Made by a program: the position numbers and the translations under genes. Below the pieces are notes generated by a model. The model ran no database searches, had not been told where the DNA came from, and saw nothing but the letters and a program-made list of their open reading frames with translations. This document shows positions 52,991 to 64,000 of a stretch of 64,000 nucleotides of DNA, piece after piece. Numbering within the stretch: position 1 is the first letter of the stretch; each line of letters begins with the position of its first letter. This DNA comes from Pristiophorus japonicus (taxonomy: Eukaryota). The stretch spans positions 17,484,001-17,548,000 of the forward strand of contig NC_091995.1 of assembly GCF_044704955.1 (NCBI RefSeq), written 5' to 3'.

Positions 52991-53644
52991 GACTATTAAA
53001 TACATATTTTCAAATCTAAGAAGAACCGAAGCATTTGATGGCAGAATAACTAATGATCCACATTGCAGCTATTTAATGATCCACATTGCAGCACCTTACC
53101 AACATGAAAATATTAAAGAGTCTTTGTGCCAAAAGTCTATCCTGTAAATGTCTTTGAATCGTTTCACAAATAGCGAACTGCAAATTTATCAAGTTGCCTC
53201 GCTGAGACTTGTGTACTTTAAGAATAATTTGCATGTATGTAGTCTAAGCGGAAGACAATTTTACAATCTTCGGATTAGAATAAGTCTTTGTATCTGAGTG
53301 CATCCGTGTTTTCCGTCCATCTGCCCAGTTTCTCTGTGCCATCTTCTTCCTGCTGAAGTCAAAAGAAATAAATGCACATGTCGAATTATTACTACATACT
53401 CTGGGAAATCTCTGAATGATTATTCAGTAAGGAATAGTTCCTGATTGGTTGGGAATGAAATACACTTTAGTATCAGGAACAGGATTTTCACTATATGATG
53501 TGAAAATTGAAGACTTGACAATCTGTTCTAAGTCCAAGAGACTTGAAGTAAGCGAACTGAAGAAAAGGCAATATTCCAAACACAATCCAAAATTCTTGTG
53601 ATCAATAATGCAGGTATCTTCCATGTCATATTTATTTTAATTTC

Positions 53645-55915
53645 ACTGGGGAAGAGTGAACATAACATGGTGGAATTCTTCATTAAGATGGAGAGTGACA
53701 CAGTTAATTCAGAAACTAGGGTCCTGAACTTAATGAAAGGTAACTTCGATGGTTTGAGGCGTGAATTGGCTAGAATAGACTGGCAAATGATATTTAAAGG
53801 GTTGACTGTGGATAGGCAAAGGCAAATATTTAAAGATCACATGGATGAACTTCAGCATCACTGCCTGGAGTAAAAACAAAACGGGGAAGATGGCTCAACC
53901 GTGGCTATCAAGGGAAATTAATGATAGTGTTAAAACCAATAAATTGGCCAGAGAAAGCAGCAAGCCTGAGGACTGGGAAAAATTTAGAATTCAGCAGAGG
54001 AGGACAAAGGGTTTACTTAAGAGGGGCAAAATAGAGTATGAGAAGAAGCTTGCTGGGAACATAAAAACTGACTACAAAAGCTTCTATAGATATGTGAAGA
54101 GAAAAAGATTAGTGAAGACAAACGTAGGTCCCTTGCAGTCGGATTGAGGTGAATTTATAATGGGGAACAAAGAAATGGCAGACCAATTGAACAAATACTT
54201 TGGTTCTGTCTTCACGAAGGAAGACACAAATAACCTTCCGGAAGTACTAGGGGACCAAGGGTCTAATGAGAAAGAGGACCTGAAGAATATCCTTATTAGG
54301 CAGGAAATTGTATTAGGGAAATTGATGGGATTGAAGGCCGATACATCCCTGGGGCCTGACAGTCTGCATCCTAGAGTACTTAAGGAAGTGGCCCTTTGAA
54401 ATAGTGGATGCATTGGTGATCATTTTCCAACAGTCTATCGATTCTGGATCAGTTTCTATTTACTAGAGGACAGCTAATGTAACACCACTTTTTAAAAATG
54501 GAGGGAGAGAGAAAGCGGGTAAGACATCAATAGTAGGGAAAATGTTGGAATCAATTATTAAGGATGAAATAGCAGCGCATTTGGAAAGCAGTGACAGGAT
54601 TGGTCCAAGTCAGCATGGGTTGATGTAGGGGTAATCATGCTTGACAAATCTTCTAGAATTTTTTGAGGATATAACTAGTAGAGTGGACAAGAAAAAACCA
54701 GTGGATGTGGTGTATTTGGACTTTCAAAAGGCTTTTGACAAGGTTCCACACAAGAGATTGGTGTGCAAAATCAAAGCACATGATTTTGGGGTAATATACT
54801 GACGTGGATAGAGAACTGGTTGGCAGACAGGAAGCAGAGAGTCAGGATGAACGGGTCCTTTTCAGAACGGCAGACAGTGACTAGTAGAGTGCCGCAGGGC
54901 TCAGTGCTGGGACCTCAGCTCTTTACAATATACTTCAATGATTTAGATGAAGGAATTGAGTGTAATATCTCCAAGTTTGCAGATGCCACTAAACTGGCTG
55001 GCGGTGTGAACTGTGAGCGGGATGCTAAGAGGCTGCAGGGTGACTTAGACAGGTTAGGTGAGTGGGCAAATGCATGGCAGATGCAGCATAATGTGGATAA
55101 ATGTGAGGTTATCCACTTTGGTACCAAAAACGTGAAGACAGAATATTATCTGAATGGTGGCAGATTAGGAAAAGGGGAGGTGCAACAAGACCTGGGTGTC
55201 ATGGTTCATCAGTCATTGAAAGTTGACATACAGGTACAGCAGGTGGTGAAGAAGGCAAATGTTATATTGGCCTTCATAGCTAGGGGATTTGAGTATAGGA
55301 GCAGGGAGGTCTTACTGCAGTTGTACAGTGCCTTGGTGAGGCCTCATCTGGAATATTGTGTTCCGTTTTGATCTCCTAATCTGAGGAAGGACGTTCTTGC
55401 TATTGAGCGAGTGCAGCGAAGGTTCAACAGACTGATTCCCGGGATGGCTGGACTGACATATGAGAAGAGACTGGATCAACTGGGCCTTTATACATTGGAG
55501 TTTAGAAGGATGAGAGGGGATCTCATAGAAACATATAAGATTCTGACTGGACGGGGCAGGTTAAATGCGGGTAGAATGTTCCTGATGTTGGGTAAGTCCA
55601 GAACCAGGGGACACAGTCTTCGGATAAGTGGTGGGCCATTTAGGCCTGAGATGAGGAGAAACTTCTTCACTCAGAGAATTGTTAATCAGTGCAATTCCGT
55701 GCCGCAGAGAGTTGTTGATGCCAGTTCATTGGATGTATTCAAGAGGGAGTTAGCTATGGCCCTTACGGCTAAGGGGATCAAGTGGTATGGTGAGTAAGCA
55801 GGAAAGGGGAGGGGTAGTGAGGGAATGATCAGCCATGATCTTATTGAATGGTGGTGCAGGCTCGAAGGGCCGAATGGCCTACTCCTGCACCTATTTTCTA
55901 TGTTTCTATGTTTCT
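53645..55915 (+). mobile_element. Degenerate CR1 ORF2 plus 3' tail
   Basis: Multiple stops and frameshifts; RT motifs retained; TTTCTATG tail. Confidence 0.92.
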
Positions 55916-56012
55916 ACTCCAGATGTTTCGGATTACCAGTACTCTTCATATTTTTATACAAACTGTTACCAATCTTTTATCTTGAAATGCGTGATACAGT
56001 GTTTTTTTACTG

Positions 56013-56388
56013 TCAGCTGTGGCCTGGTGGGTCAGAAGGTTGTGGGATCAAATGCCACACCAGGGAATTACTGAGGGAGTGCTGCACTGTCGGAAGAGAA
56101 GTTAAAGCGAGGCCCTGTCTGCTCTCTCAAGTGGACGCAAAAGATCCCATGACACTATTTCGCAGAAGAGCAGGGAATTATTTATCCCTCAATCAACATA
56201 ACAAAAACAGATGACATTGTCATGATCACATTGCTACTTGTGTGAGCTTAGTGTGCGCAAATTGGCTGCCGCGTTTCCCACATTACTACAGTGACTACAC
56301 TCCAAAATTACTCAATTGCCTGTGAAGCACTTTGAGACATCCGGTGGTCGTGAAAGACGCTATATAAATGCAAGTCTTTCTTTCTTTT
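56013..56388 (+). mobile_element. tRNA-derived SINE
   Basis: Homologous to 16800-17250. Confidence 0.75.
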
Positions 56389-57666
56389 GACCACCAGTTA
56401 TTGAGCTTTAACGCGTTATTTTACTTGACTAAATGAGTTTGTCACCTAATTGGGGTAACTTTTCCTCTGCGCACCTTTGGCTCATTCGCTGTGTAGGCGT
56501 TCCGAGTCGAGCGCTTGCTTTGGGAGTCTCCTGGCTGGCATGCGAACAACGTGGCCTGCCCGGCGGGTCAGGGAATAGGAAGCTCCCCCGCTGGGTCAGG
56601 GAATGGGAGGCTCCCCTTCCGGCTCAGGGAATTGGGGTTAGAAATAAGTGTTTATGTACAATTTAATCTTACTCAAGCACATTACATAGAGTAGAACAAG
56701 GCAGCATATATTCGAACATAACGCACCTTAGCATTGTTTTTCCCTATGGATCAATATGGGGAGGCAGATTGTTCACTGTGAGGCGGACGGTGTTTATTTT
56801 ACAAGGATTCAAGCGTTATGCCATTTGAGGCACATTATATTATTCTGCTACTAAGGTGGGAAAACATCTCCTGAAAGCCACACAAGCCAATTATAGTTAA
56901 GTAAACACAGGCTCAGGTTAATGTTAAAATTTCTAATTTAAACAATTAAACTCCGATGAAACTGTAGTCAGTAGGAACAGTAGAGGTGCATTGGAGTACC
57001 GTCACCTCCAAGTGCCCCTTCCAAGTCACACACCTGAATTGGACATATATCATTTTTCCTTCACTGTCGCTGGGGCAAAATCCTGGAACTTACGACCTGA
57101 CAGCATTTTGGGTGTACCTTCACCACATGGACTGCAGTGACTCGAGGAGAAGTCCCACCACCTCCTTCTCAAGGGCAACTAGTGATAAACCAGCGACGCT
57201 CACTTCCCGAGAACATAGGAAACAAAAGTTTTCATACAACCTGTGGGGAAGCCTTATTTCTCCTGAGGGCATCGAGTCGAAAGATGGCCCTGCGAGAAGG
57301 CCGTAAGGAAATGGAAAATCTTGGGAAGTGGATGGTCTGAGATTGGCGTTCGATGCACTATTTGGGGGAGAGAACAGGTTCCACATGAATTGAAAATCAG
57401 TACTTCCATTACCTCCTTTGATGGGGAAACATATTCGCCAAAAAGACAATTAAAAATGATAATTTTAATAGTAAAAGTGATAGCTTCGGATCACATTGAT
57501 AGCAAATCACTGCCATAGTGTAAAAATGTGCTGCGCTTTAAACCACGGGATTGAGATTTCCAGTTGGAGTATGACCGTGATTTAGCCTTTCAGCAATCGT
57601 ACCAGACATTCACGCTACCTGCCACTATTATGACCTCAGATTGGATGAAAAGAACTGAAACTATTA

Positions 57667-58067
57667 TTTATTTTATGCACAGTTGTGCCAGATAAGAATG
57701 ATTGAAAAATAACAAAAGGGTACTACTGCGTTACCTGAAAACAATGCATGTTTGATGGGTTTATGTGTGGTTACTGAATTTCGCCATTATACCTTCACGG
57801 ACCACTATACTTGCTGTTTGCATGTTTACCTGGAAATGTTCTCTTTATTTTAGCTTTATATAAAAAGCGGGTTACTAAAATAACAGAGAAATGAAGTTCA
57901 GACTAAGTCATTGCCATTTGTAGATTACTTGACAACGAATGGATTTAGTTGGTGGTGACGATGGGGGAGGGGCACCATACACTTCTTTCACACTAGCAGA
58001 TATCCTATATGAATATAATGTGGGGCGGAGGTGGGGGGGGATACCAGTTCCGGTATTCGATATAATG
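57667..58067 (-). other. Duplicated distal set of gene 3 tail exons (58045-58067 SIISNTGT; 57793-57829 GKHANSKYSGP*; terminal exon from 57734)
   Basis: Homologous to the proximal exons, with conserved AG/GT sites and AATAAA at 57672-57667. Exon B has a CGA>TGA stop. Confidence 0.55.
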
Positions 58068-59107
58068 CTGAACAGACAAAAGTTCACGATACTCAATGAA
58101 AAGCAAGTATTAGGAAACCAAATAATGAAACACAGTGATAAAGGAATATAGAAAATTTGGTAGGGAAGTGAAAGCGGGAGATTAGAAAGGCTACATGGGA
58201 CAATGGCAAAAATAGTAGCACACAATAAAGCATTATACCCTTTCGTGTGGAACAGTACCTTAAATATACTGTAATTAATTCAGCACTGAATTGATAGAGT
58301 TTCCGGCCGAAATGGATTAAAAATTACATAAATTATTGACTGTGCACAATGTTTGTGCTACGCCACATACTTTATTTTAAACATTCGCTCAAGACCTTGG
58401 ATCGTGTATTTCTGTGCAACACGATTTGAGAGAAATATATTCTAGAATGACCAAAATACTCTTGGGCTACAGAACGAAAAGCAAGTATCAATTGATATCA
58501 AAAGGATGTCAGCCGTGGTCAGCCGAATTGGACATATATCGTCTTTCCTTCATTGTCGTTGGGTCAAACAGCATTTGGGAGTACCTTCACCACATGGACT
58601 GCAGTGACTGAAGGAAAAAGACAATCACCTCCTTCTCAAAGGAGCTAGAGATGAATCAGCGACGCCCACTTCCCGAGCACCTATAAAATAAACATTTGCT
58701 GCCGGTGGGGAAGCCTTATTTCTCCGGAGTGCATTGAGTCGAAAGATGGCCCTGCGAGAAGGCCGTAAGGAAACGGAAAATCATAGGAAGTGGATGGTCT
58801 AAGATCGGGAAGAGAACAGGTTCCACATGACTTGAATGCTCAGTACTTCCATTACCTCCTTTGATGAGGAAACATATTCGACAAAATAAAATGTAAAAAG
58901 CTAATTTCAATAGTAAAAGAGATAGATTGCAATCACATTTATAGCAAATCACAATCTTAGTGTAAAATTGTGATGGGCTTTTAACCACGGGATTGAGATT
59001 TCCAGTTGGAGTATTACCGTGATTTAGCCTTTCAGCAATCGTACCAGATATTCACCCTACTGCCACTATTTTGACGTCAAATTGGATGTTAATGACCGAA
59101 ACTATTA

Positions 59108-59175
59108 TTTATTTTATGCAATTTTTTGCCTGATAAGAATTATTGAAATATGACATATGGGCGCTCCTGCTTTAC
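59108..59175 (-). CDS. Gene 3 terminal exon, proximal copy (G+TAA, short 3'UTR)
   Basis: tgtttgcag|G-TAA; minus-strand AATAAA at 59113-59108. Confidence 0.5.
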
Positions 59176-59252
59176 CTGCAAACATGCATGTTTGATGGGG
59201 TTATGCGTGGTTTCTGAAATTCTTGGTAAAAGCAATAATGCCTGCATTATAC

Positions 59253-59289
59253 CTTCGTGGAGTAGTATACCAGCTGTTTACATGTTTAC
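59253..59289 (-). CDS. Gene 3 cytoplasmic micro-exon B, proximal copy (GKHVNSWYTTPR)
   Basis: catttccag| acceptor and AG|GTATAA donor, phase 1-2. Confidence 0.55.
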
Positions 59290-59495
59290 CTGGAAATGTT
59301 TTCTTTGTTTTAGCTTTATATAAAATGCGGGTTACTGAACTGACAGATACATAAATTTGGGACCAAGTTATTGCCATTTCTAGATTACTTGACAAGTAAA
59401 GGATTTGGTTGCTGGTGACGACGGGAGAGGGGCACAATACACTTCTTTCACATGAGGAGATATCGCATGTGGATATAATACAGGGGGAAAAATAC

Positions 59496-59518
59496 CAGTT
59501 CCGGTTTTCGGTATAATG
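59496..59518 (-). CDS. Gene 3 cytoplasmic micro-exon A, proximal copy (SIIPKTGT)
   Basis: ttatgttcag| acceptor and G|GTATTT donor, phase 2-1 matching the TM exon. Confidence 0.6.
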
Positions 59519-59954
59519 CTGAACATAAGCATTTACTGCAGTTCACGATATTCAAGAACAGCAAATATTAGGAAGCTAAATAATGAAAGGCAGTGAAAAA
59601 CGAAGCTAGAAAGTGTGGCAGGGAAGTGAAAGCGGGAGATTAGGAAGGCTAAATGAGACAAAGAACAGCACACAATAAAACACCATGAGCTTTCATGGGG
59701 AACAATACTTTAAATCTATCTTAATTAATTCAACAATGAATTGGTAGAGTTTCCGACATAAATGGTTTAAAGATTACTTAAATTCTGGACTGTGCCATGT
59801 TTGTGCCATGCAACATGCCTTATTTAAACATTCGCTAGAGACCTTTGATCATGTATTTCTGTACAACACGATTTAAGATAAATATATTCTAGAATGACAA
59901 AACAATCTTGGGCTATAGCATAAAATTCAAACATCAATTGTTATCACATCGATG

Positions 59955-60515
59955 TCAGCCGTCGTTCATTGGGTAGCATCTCTCGACTCTGAGCAAGAAT
60001 ATTGTGGGTCCAAGTCCCATTCCAGAGACTGGAGCACAACAATCTAGGCAGACACCCCAAGTACAGTACTGCAGGAGCGCTGCACTGTTGGATGAGAGGT
60101 TAAACCGAGGCCCCGTCTGTCCTCTCCGGTGGACGTAAAAGTTCCCATAGCACTATTTCGAAGCAGAGAAGGGGAGTTATTCATGGTGTGTCCTGGTCAA
60201 TAGTTGTCCCAGAGTCAACATAACAACAACATGTTATCTGGTCATTATCATATTTGTGTTTGTGGGAGCTTGCTGTGCGCAATTCTGAAATACCGACTTA
60301 AAAAAAAATTGAAATAGAGATAGATTGACAAATTAACAGATATCTGGTTATTACCACAGTACTGTTTGTGGGAGTTTGCTATGCGTAATTGCTGCCGTGT
60401 TTCCTACATCACAACAGTGACTACACTTCAAAAGCACTTCATTGGATGTATCGCACTTTGGGACGTCCGATAGTCATGAAAGGCGCTATATAAAATGCAA
60501 GACTTTCTTTCTTTT
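59955..60515 (+). mobile_element. tRNA-derived SINE with an internal partial duplication
   Basis: Homologous to 16800-17250. Confidence 0.75.
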
Positions 60516-61319
60516 TGCAGGTTAGGCTGGTTTATAAACCGTTGGAGTATTTATCTGTGTCAATCGGCCACTGTCCCTCAATTATATAACTGGCTATTGC
60601 AGGATTTTCATAGAATCCCCATTTTGAGAAACACGACCATGTTATCTGTCGCGTCCGTAGCAGTTAAATTAAATAACTCCGAGCTGCATGTAACAAAACA
60701 CATGGGGTGAATTCTCAGAGGGGTATCTCCCCGCCCCCCCTCACCCCCCTCCCCCCGCTAACAGCAGCAAAATGGTTGGTAACCCTGGAGGCTCGGCGTA
60801 AACTATCCAGTAGTGTCAATCCATCTCTATTTCAATTTTTTTTAAATTGCGGTACTTCAGAATTGTTAATATCACCTCTTTGAGCCTCGGAATGTATATA
60901 AGTCATGCTGTCATGTGCTAAGTAGTAATTAATTATGGTAGCACTTAATTCTACTTTTCAAGACCTGATGAATATAAATAGTCCTGATCACAAAGACATT
61001 GTGTATGTGATCTGCTTTAAGAATGGCCAAATTCATTATTTGCAAATGCACTACGGAGCTCAATGTGGACTTAGTCTGCGGACACAAAATAAGTTCGTTG
61101 CGGCACTATATCATCCCACAATTTTTCTCTTGTAAGTAAAATCACTTGGATTTTCTGTGGAGGTTCTTCTCACCTCGCAGAAGAGCTAGAAAAACCTTGG
61201 GAAAGCAATGAAATAGTACGGAGAAAGCTCGAACTGAAACCAGTTTACTATTTTCAGTAAAATAGCTGGACACTTTTGGAGGGACATATCAATTAAATAT
61301 TGGGAAGATGGAAGCCTTT

Positions 61320-62110
61320 GTTTTCGGTTGCCGCCACAAACTGCGTTTCCTAGCCACCAACTCCATCCCTCTCCCGGGCAATTCTTTGGCGCAGAACCAG
61401 ACTGCTCACAAGCTTGGTGTCATATTTAACCCTGAAATGAGCTGCTGACTACATATCCACGGCATAACTAAGACCGCCTACTTCCTAACATCGCCCGTCT
61501 CTGCTCTTGCCTCAGCCCATTCACTGCTGAAACCCTCATCCATGCCTTTGTTAGCTCTAGACTTCACTATTCCAAAGCACTCCTGGTTGGCCTCCCATAT
61601 TCTACCCTAACTAAATTGAGGTAATTCAAAACTTGGTTGCCCGTGTCCCAACTTGCATCAAGTCCCGACGTACATTGGTTGCCGCTTAAGCACATCTCGA
61701 TTTCAAAATTCTCATCCTTATTCTCAAATCCCTCCATGGCCTCACCCTTCCCTATCTCTGTAATCACCTCCAGCCTTACAACCCCCCAAGATATCTGTGC
61801 TCCTCAAATTCTGCTCTCTTGAGCATCCCTGACTATAATTGCTCAACCATCGGTGGCCGTGCCTTCAGCTCCCTAGGCCCTACGATCTGCAACTCCCTCC
61901 ATAAACCTCTTCTCTTCTCTACCTCTCTTTCTTCCTTGAAGACGTTGCTTGAAATCTACCTCTTTGATGAAGCTTTTGGTCATCTGCTGTAATTTCTTCT
62001 TACGTGGCTCAGTGTCACATGCTTGTCTTATATTACACCTGTGAAACGCCTTAGGATGTTTTACAACTTTAAAGGCACTATATAAATACAAGTTGTTGTT
62101 GTTGTTGTTA
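61320..62110 (+). mobile_element. L2-type LINE 3' fragment
   Basis: AETLIHAFV.SRL, HWLP; (GTT)n tail. Confidence 0.78.
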
Positions 62111-62291
62111 TGTTTCCTTGGACGCCCTGAGCACTTTGCAAACGCATATCATCTCAATTTATATGCCTTGGGAGCAGGTATTTACCTCTCCCCACTTTAA
62201 AAACACAACGTTGAGAGGGGGCTCGCGTTTTTTAAACATACTCGCAGCTCAGATCCACATTTAAAGGAACCAGTCTGTGCAGTTCTGCTTG

Positions 62292-62650
62292 AACATAAGA
62301 ACATAAGAAATAGGAGCAGGAGTTGGCCATTCGGCCCCTCGTGCCTGCTCCGACATTCAAAGGATCATGGCTGATCTTCCACCTCAATTTCAATTTCCCG
62401 CCCAATCTCCATAGCTCTTGATTCCTTAGAGTCAGCCTTAACTATACTCAACGACTCAACATCCACAGCCCTCTGGGCAAATGTCTCCAAACATTCACAA
62501 CCCTCTGAGTGAAGACATTCCTCCTCATCTCGGTCTTAAATAGCCTACCCCTTATCCTGAGACTATGCCCCCTAGTTCGTGACTCTCCAGCCAGGGGAAA
62601 CAACTTCTCAGCATTTACCCTGTCAAGCCCCTTCAGAATCTTATATGCTT
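62292..62650 (-). mobile_element. CR1 3' fragment
   Basis: ORF 62448-62678 and 3'UTR tail. Confidence 0.8.
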
Positions 62651-62739
62651 TATGCTTGGCTGGAACCCAAGTGCACATCGGTATCTTCAGTGTGTCTGCA
62701 TCCTACATTCACGATACGATAAACCTTTTAAAAATTAAT

Positions 62740-63135
62740 TCACGGAATGTGGGCGTTGCATTTATTTACATCGCAAGGTTAGCATTTACCCATGCCTAAT
62801 AGCTCTTGAGTGGCTTGCTAGGCCATTTCAAAGGGCAGTTAAGAGTCATCCACGTTGCTGTGGGTCTGGAGTCATATACAGGCCAGACCGAGTTAGGACA
62901 GCAGATTTCCTTCCCTAGATAGAATAGATACAATGGACCTATTTCCAGATGGGTTTTTATGAGAATCCTGTAGTTACATGGTCACCATTACAGATGCTAG
63001 CTTTTTATTCCGCATTTTTTAACTGAATTCAAATTTATACCCAACGGCCATGGTGGGATTTGAACTCATGTCTTCGGATTATTAGTCCAGGTTTCTAGAT
63101 TACTAGTCCAGTAACATTACGACTGTACTACCGTT
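62740..63135 (-). mobile_element. Second tRNA-derived SINE family
   Basis: Minus-strand B-box-like AGTTCAAATCCC at ~63066-63055; a related fragment lies at ~50710-50960. Confidence 0.55.
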
Positions 63136-63245
63136 CATTCATTTTACGGAACCAGAATGTGATTGTTGTGCTAAATAATTATAAAATACTTTTACATGCG
63201 TTACCAACAGTTAATAATACATATATTGACAGTCGCTACAATTAC

Positions 63246-63387
63246 CTCCTCTGACGGAAGCAGATAGCGACGATGATTCCAAAAGCTGCAAGTAAAGCTA
63301 TCACTACTGCTCGAACACGCCAGAGAATCCAGACATCGGTGAAGATGCTTATAGTATCTTCGGTGCTCGTTTCCTTACGTTCGTCAC
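63246..63387 (-). CDS. Gene 3 stalk plus TM exon (DERKETSTEDTISIFTDVWILWRVRAVVIALLAAFGIIVAICFRQR); V exon presumably beyond the window
   Basis: Minus-strand acatttcatag| acceptor and AG|GTAATT donor, phase 1-2, open frame. Hydrophobic helix with N-terminal Arg residues; same architecture as gene 1 exon 3. Confidence 0.75.
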
Positions 63388-63544
63388 CTATGAAATGTTA
63401 TAACAGACTTAAAAATTCTCCATATCTCTTTGTGGTCCAAGGCAACAAGTAACAAAATGGGGCTAAGACGCCCTCCGTTCTGAATGTTCGCCTTCGCCAT
63501 CCAGGATACTAACCTGGCAGGGTAGATAGCTCGCCCTTTAAATC

Positions 63545-64000
63545 GTAGAATCATAGCATTTTTTTACAGCACAGCAGGAGGACATTTCGGCCCATCGTGT
63601 CCGTGCCGGCTGACAAAAAGCTATCCAGCCTAATCTCAGCTCTACGCCCGTAGCCTTGTAGGTTATGGCACTTATAGCGCATATCCAGGTACAATGCTTT
63701 TAAAATGTAGTGAGGTTTCTGCCTCTACCACGCTTTCAGGCCGTGAATTCTAGATCCACACCACCCTCTGGTTGGTAAAAATTCTCCCTCAAATCCTCTC
63801 TAAACCTCCCAACAAATATATGTAGTCTGGTGGTTGACCACTCTGCTAAGGGAAAAAGGTCCTTCCTATCGACTCTATCTCGACCGCCCATAATGTTATA
63901 CACGTCAATAAGGTCTTGAGGTGTTTCAAAGAAAACAACCCCAGCATATGTAATATTTCCTCATAGCTAAAATTCTCCAGTCCTGCGAACAACTTCATAA
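63545..64000 (-). mobile_element. Old CR1-like 3' fragment
   Basis: Similar to 11530-11950 in reverse. Confidence 0.7.

Larger units (their letters stand above)
57035..59962. repeat. Diverged direct tandem duplication, ~1.45 kb unit (about 57035-58520 and 58525-59962)
   Basis: Colinear matches throughout, e.g. gagtcgaaagatggccctgcgagaaggccgtaagg at ~57275 and ~58736, and ccacgggattgagatttccagttggagtat at ~57543 and ~58985. Both units end in gatgtcagccgt. Confidence 0.92.

Overview
Eukaryotic, repeat-dominated genomic DNA, most likely from a cartilaginous fish (inferred from the CR1 LINE and tRNA-SINE families). Most of the window is CR1-clade LINE copies, including one with both ORFs intact (1720-5771). 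There are also SINEs and L2, Penelope and Harbinger remnants. Between the repeats lies a cluster of NKp30/NCR3-like, non-rearranging VJ-type Ig receptor genes. Gene 1 (+, 13316-25270) can be assembled by hand from 10 exons into a 266-aa protein: leader, V domain, Arg-containing TM, and a micro-exon tail ending in its own canonical ITAM. Gene 2 (+, V exon 40094-40431) is a pseudogene with a frameshift and a stop codon. Gene 3 (-) has its TM exon at 63246-63387 and its V exon beyond the window; its three cytoplasmic micro-exons are tandemly duplicated in a ~1.45 kb unit. The CR1 ORF1/ORF2 junction carries a (G/T)TTAAAC-stop motif suggestive of -1 ribosomal frameshifting. Exon models come from splice signals and phase compatibility only, with no transcript evidence. 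Repeat boundaries are approximate.
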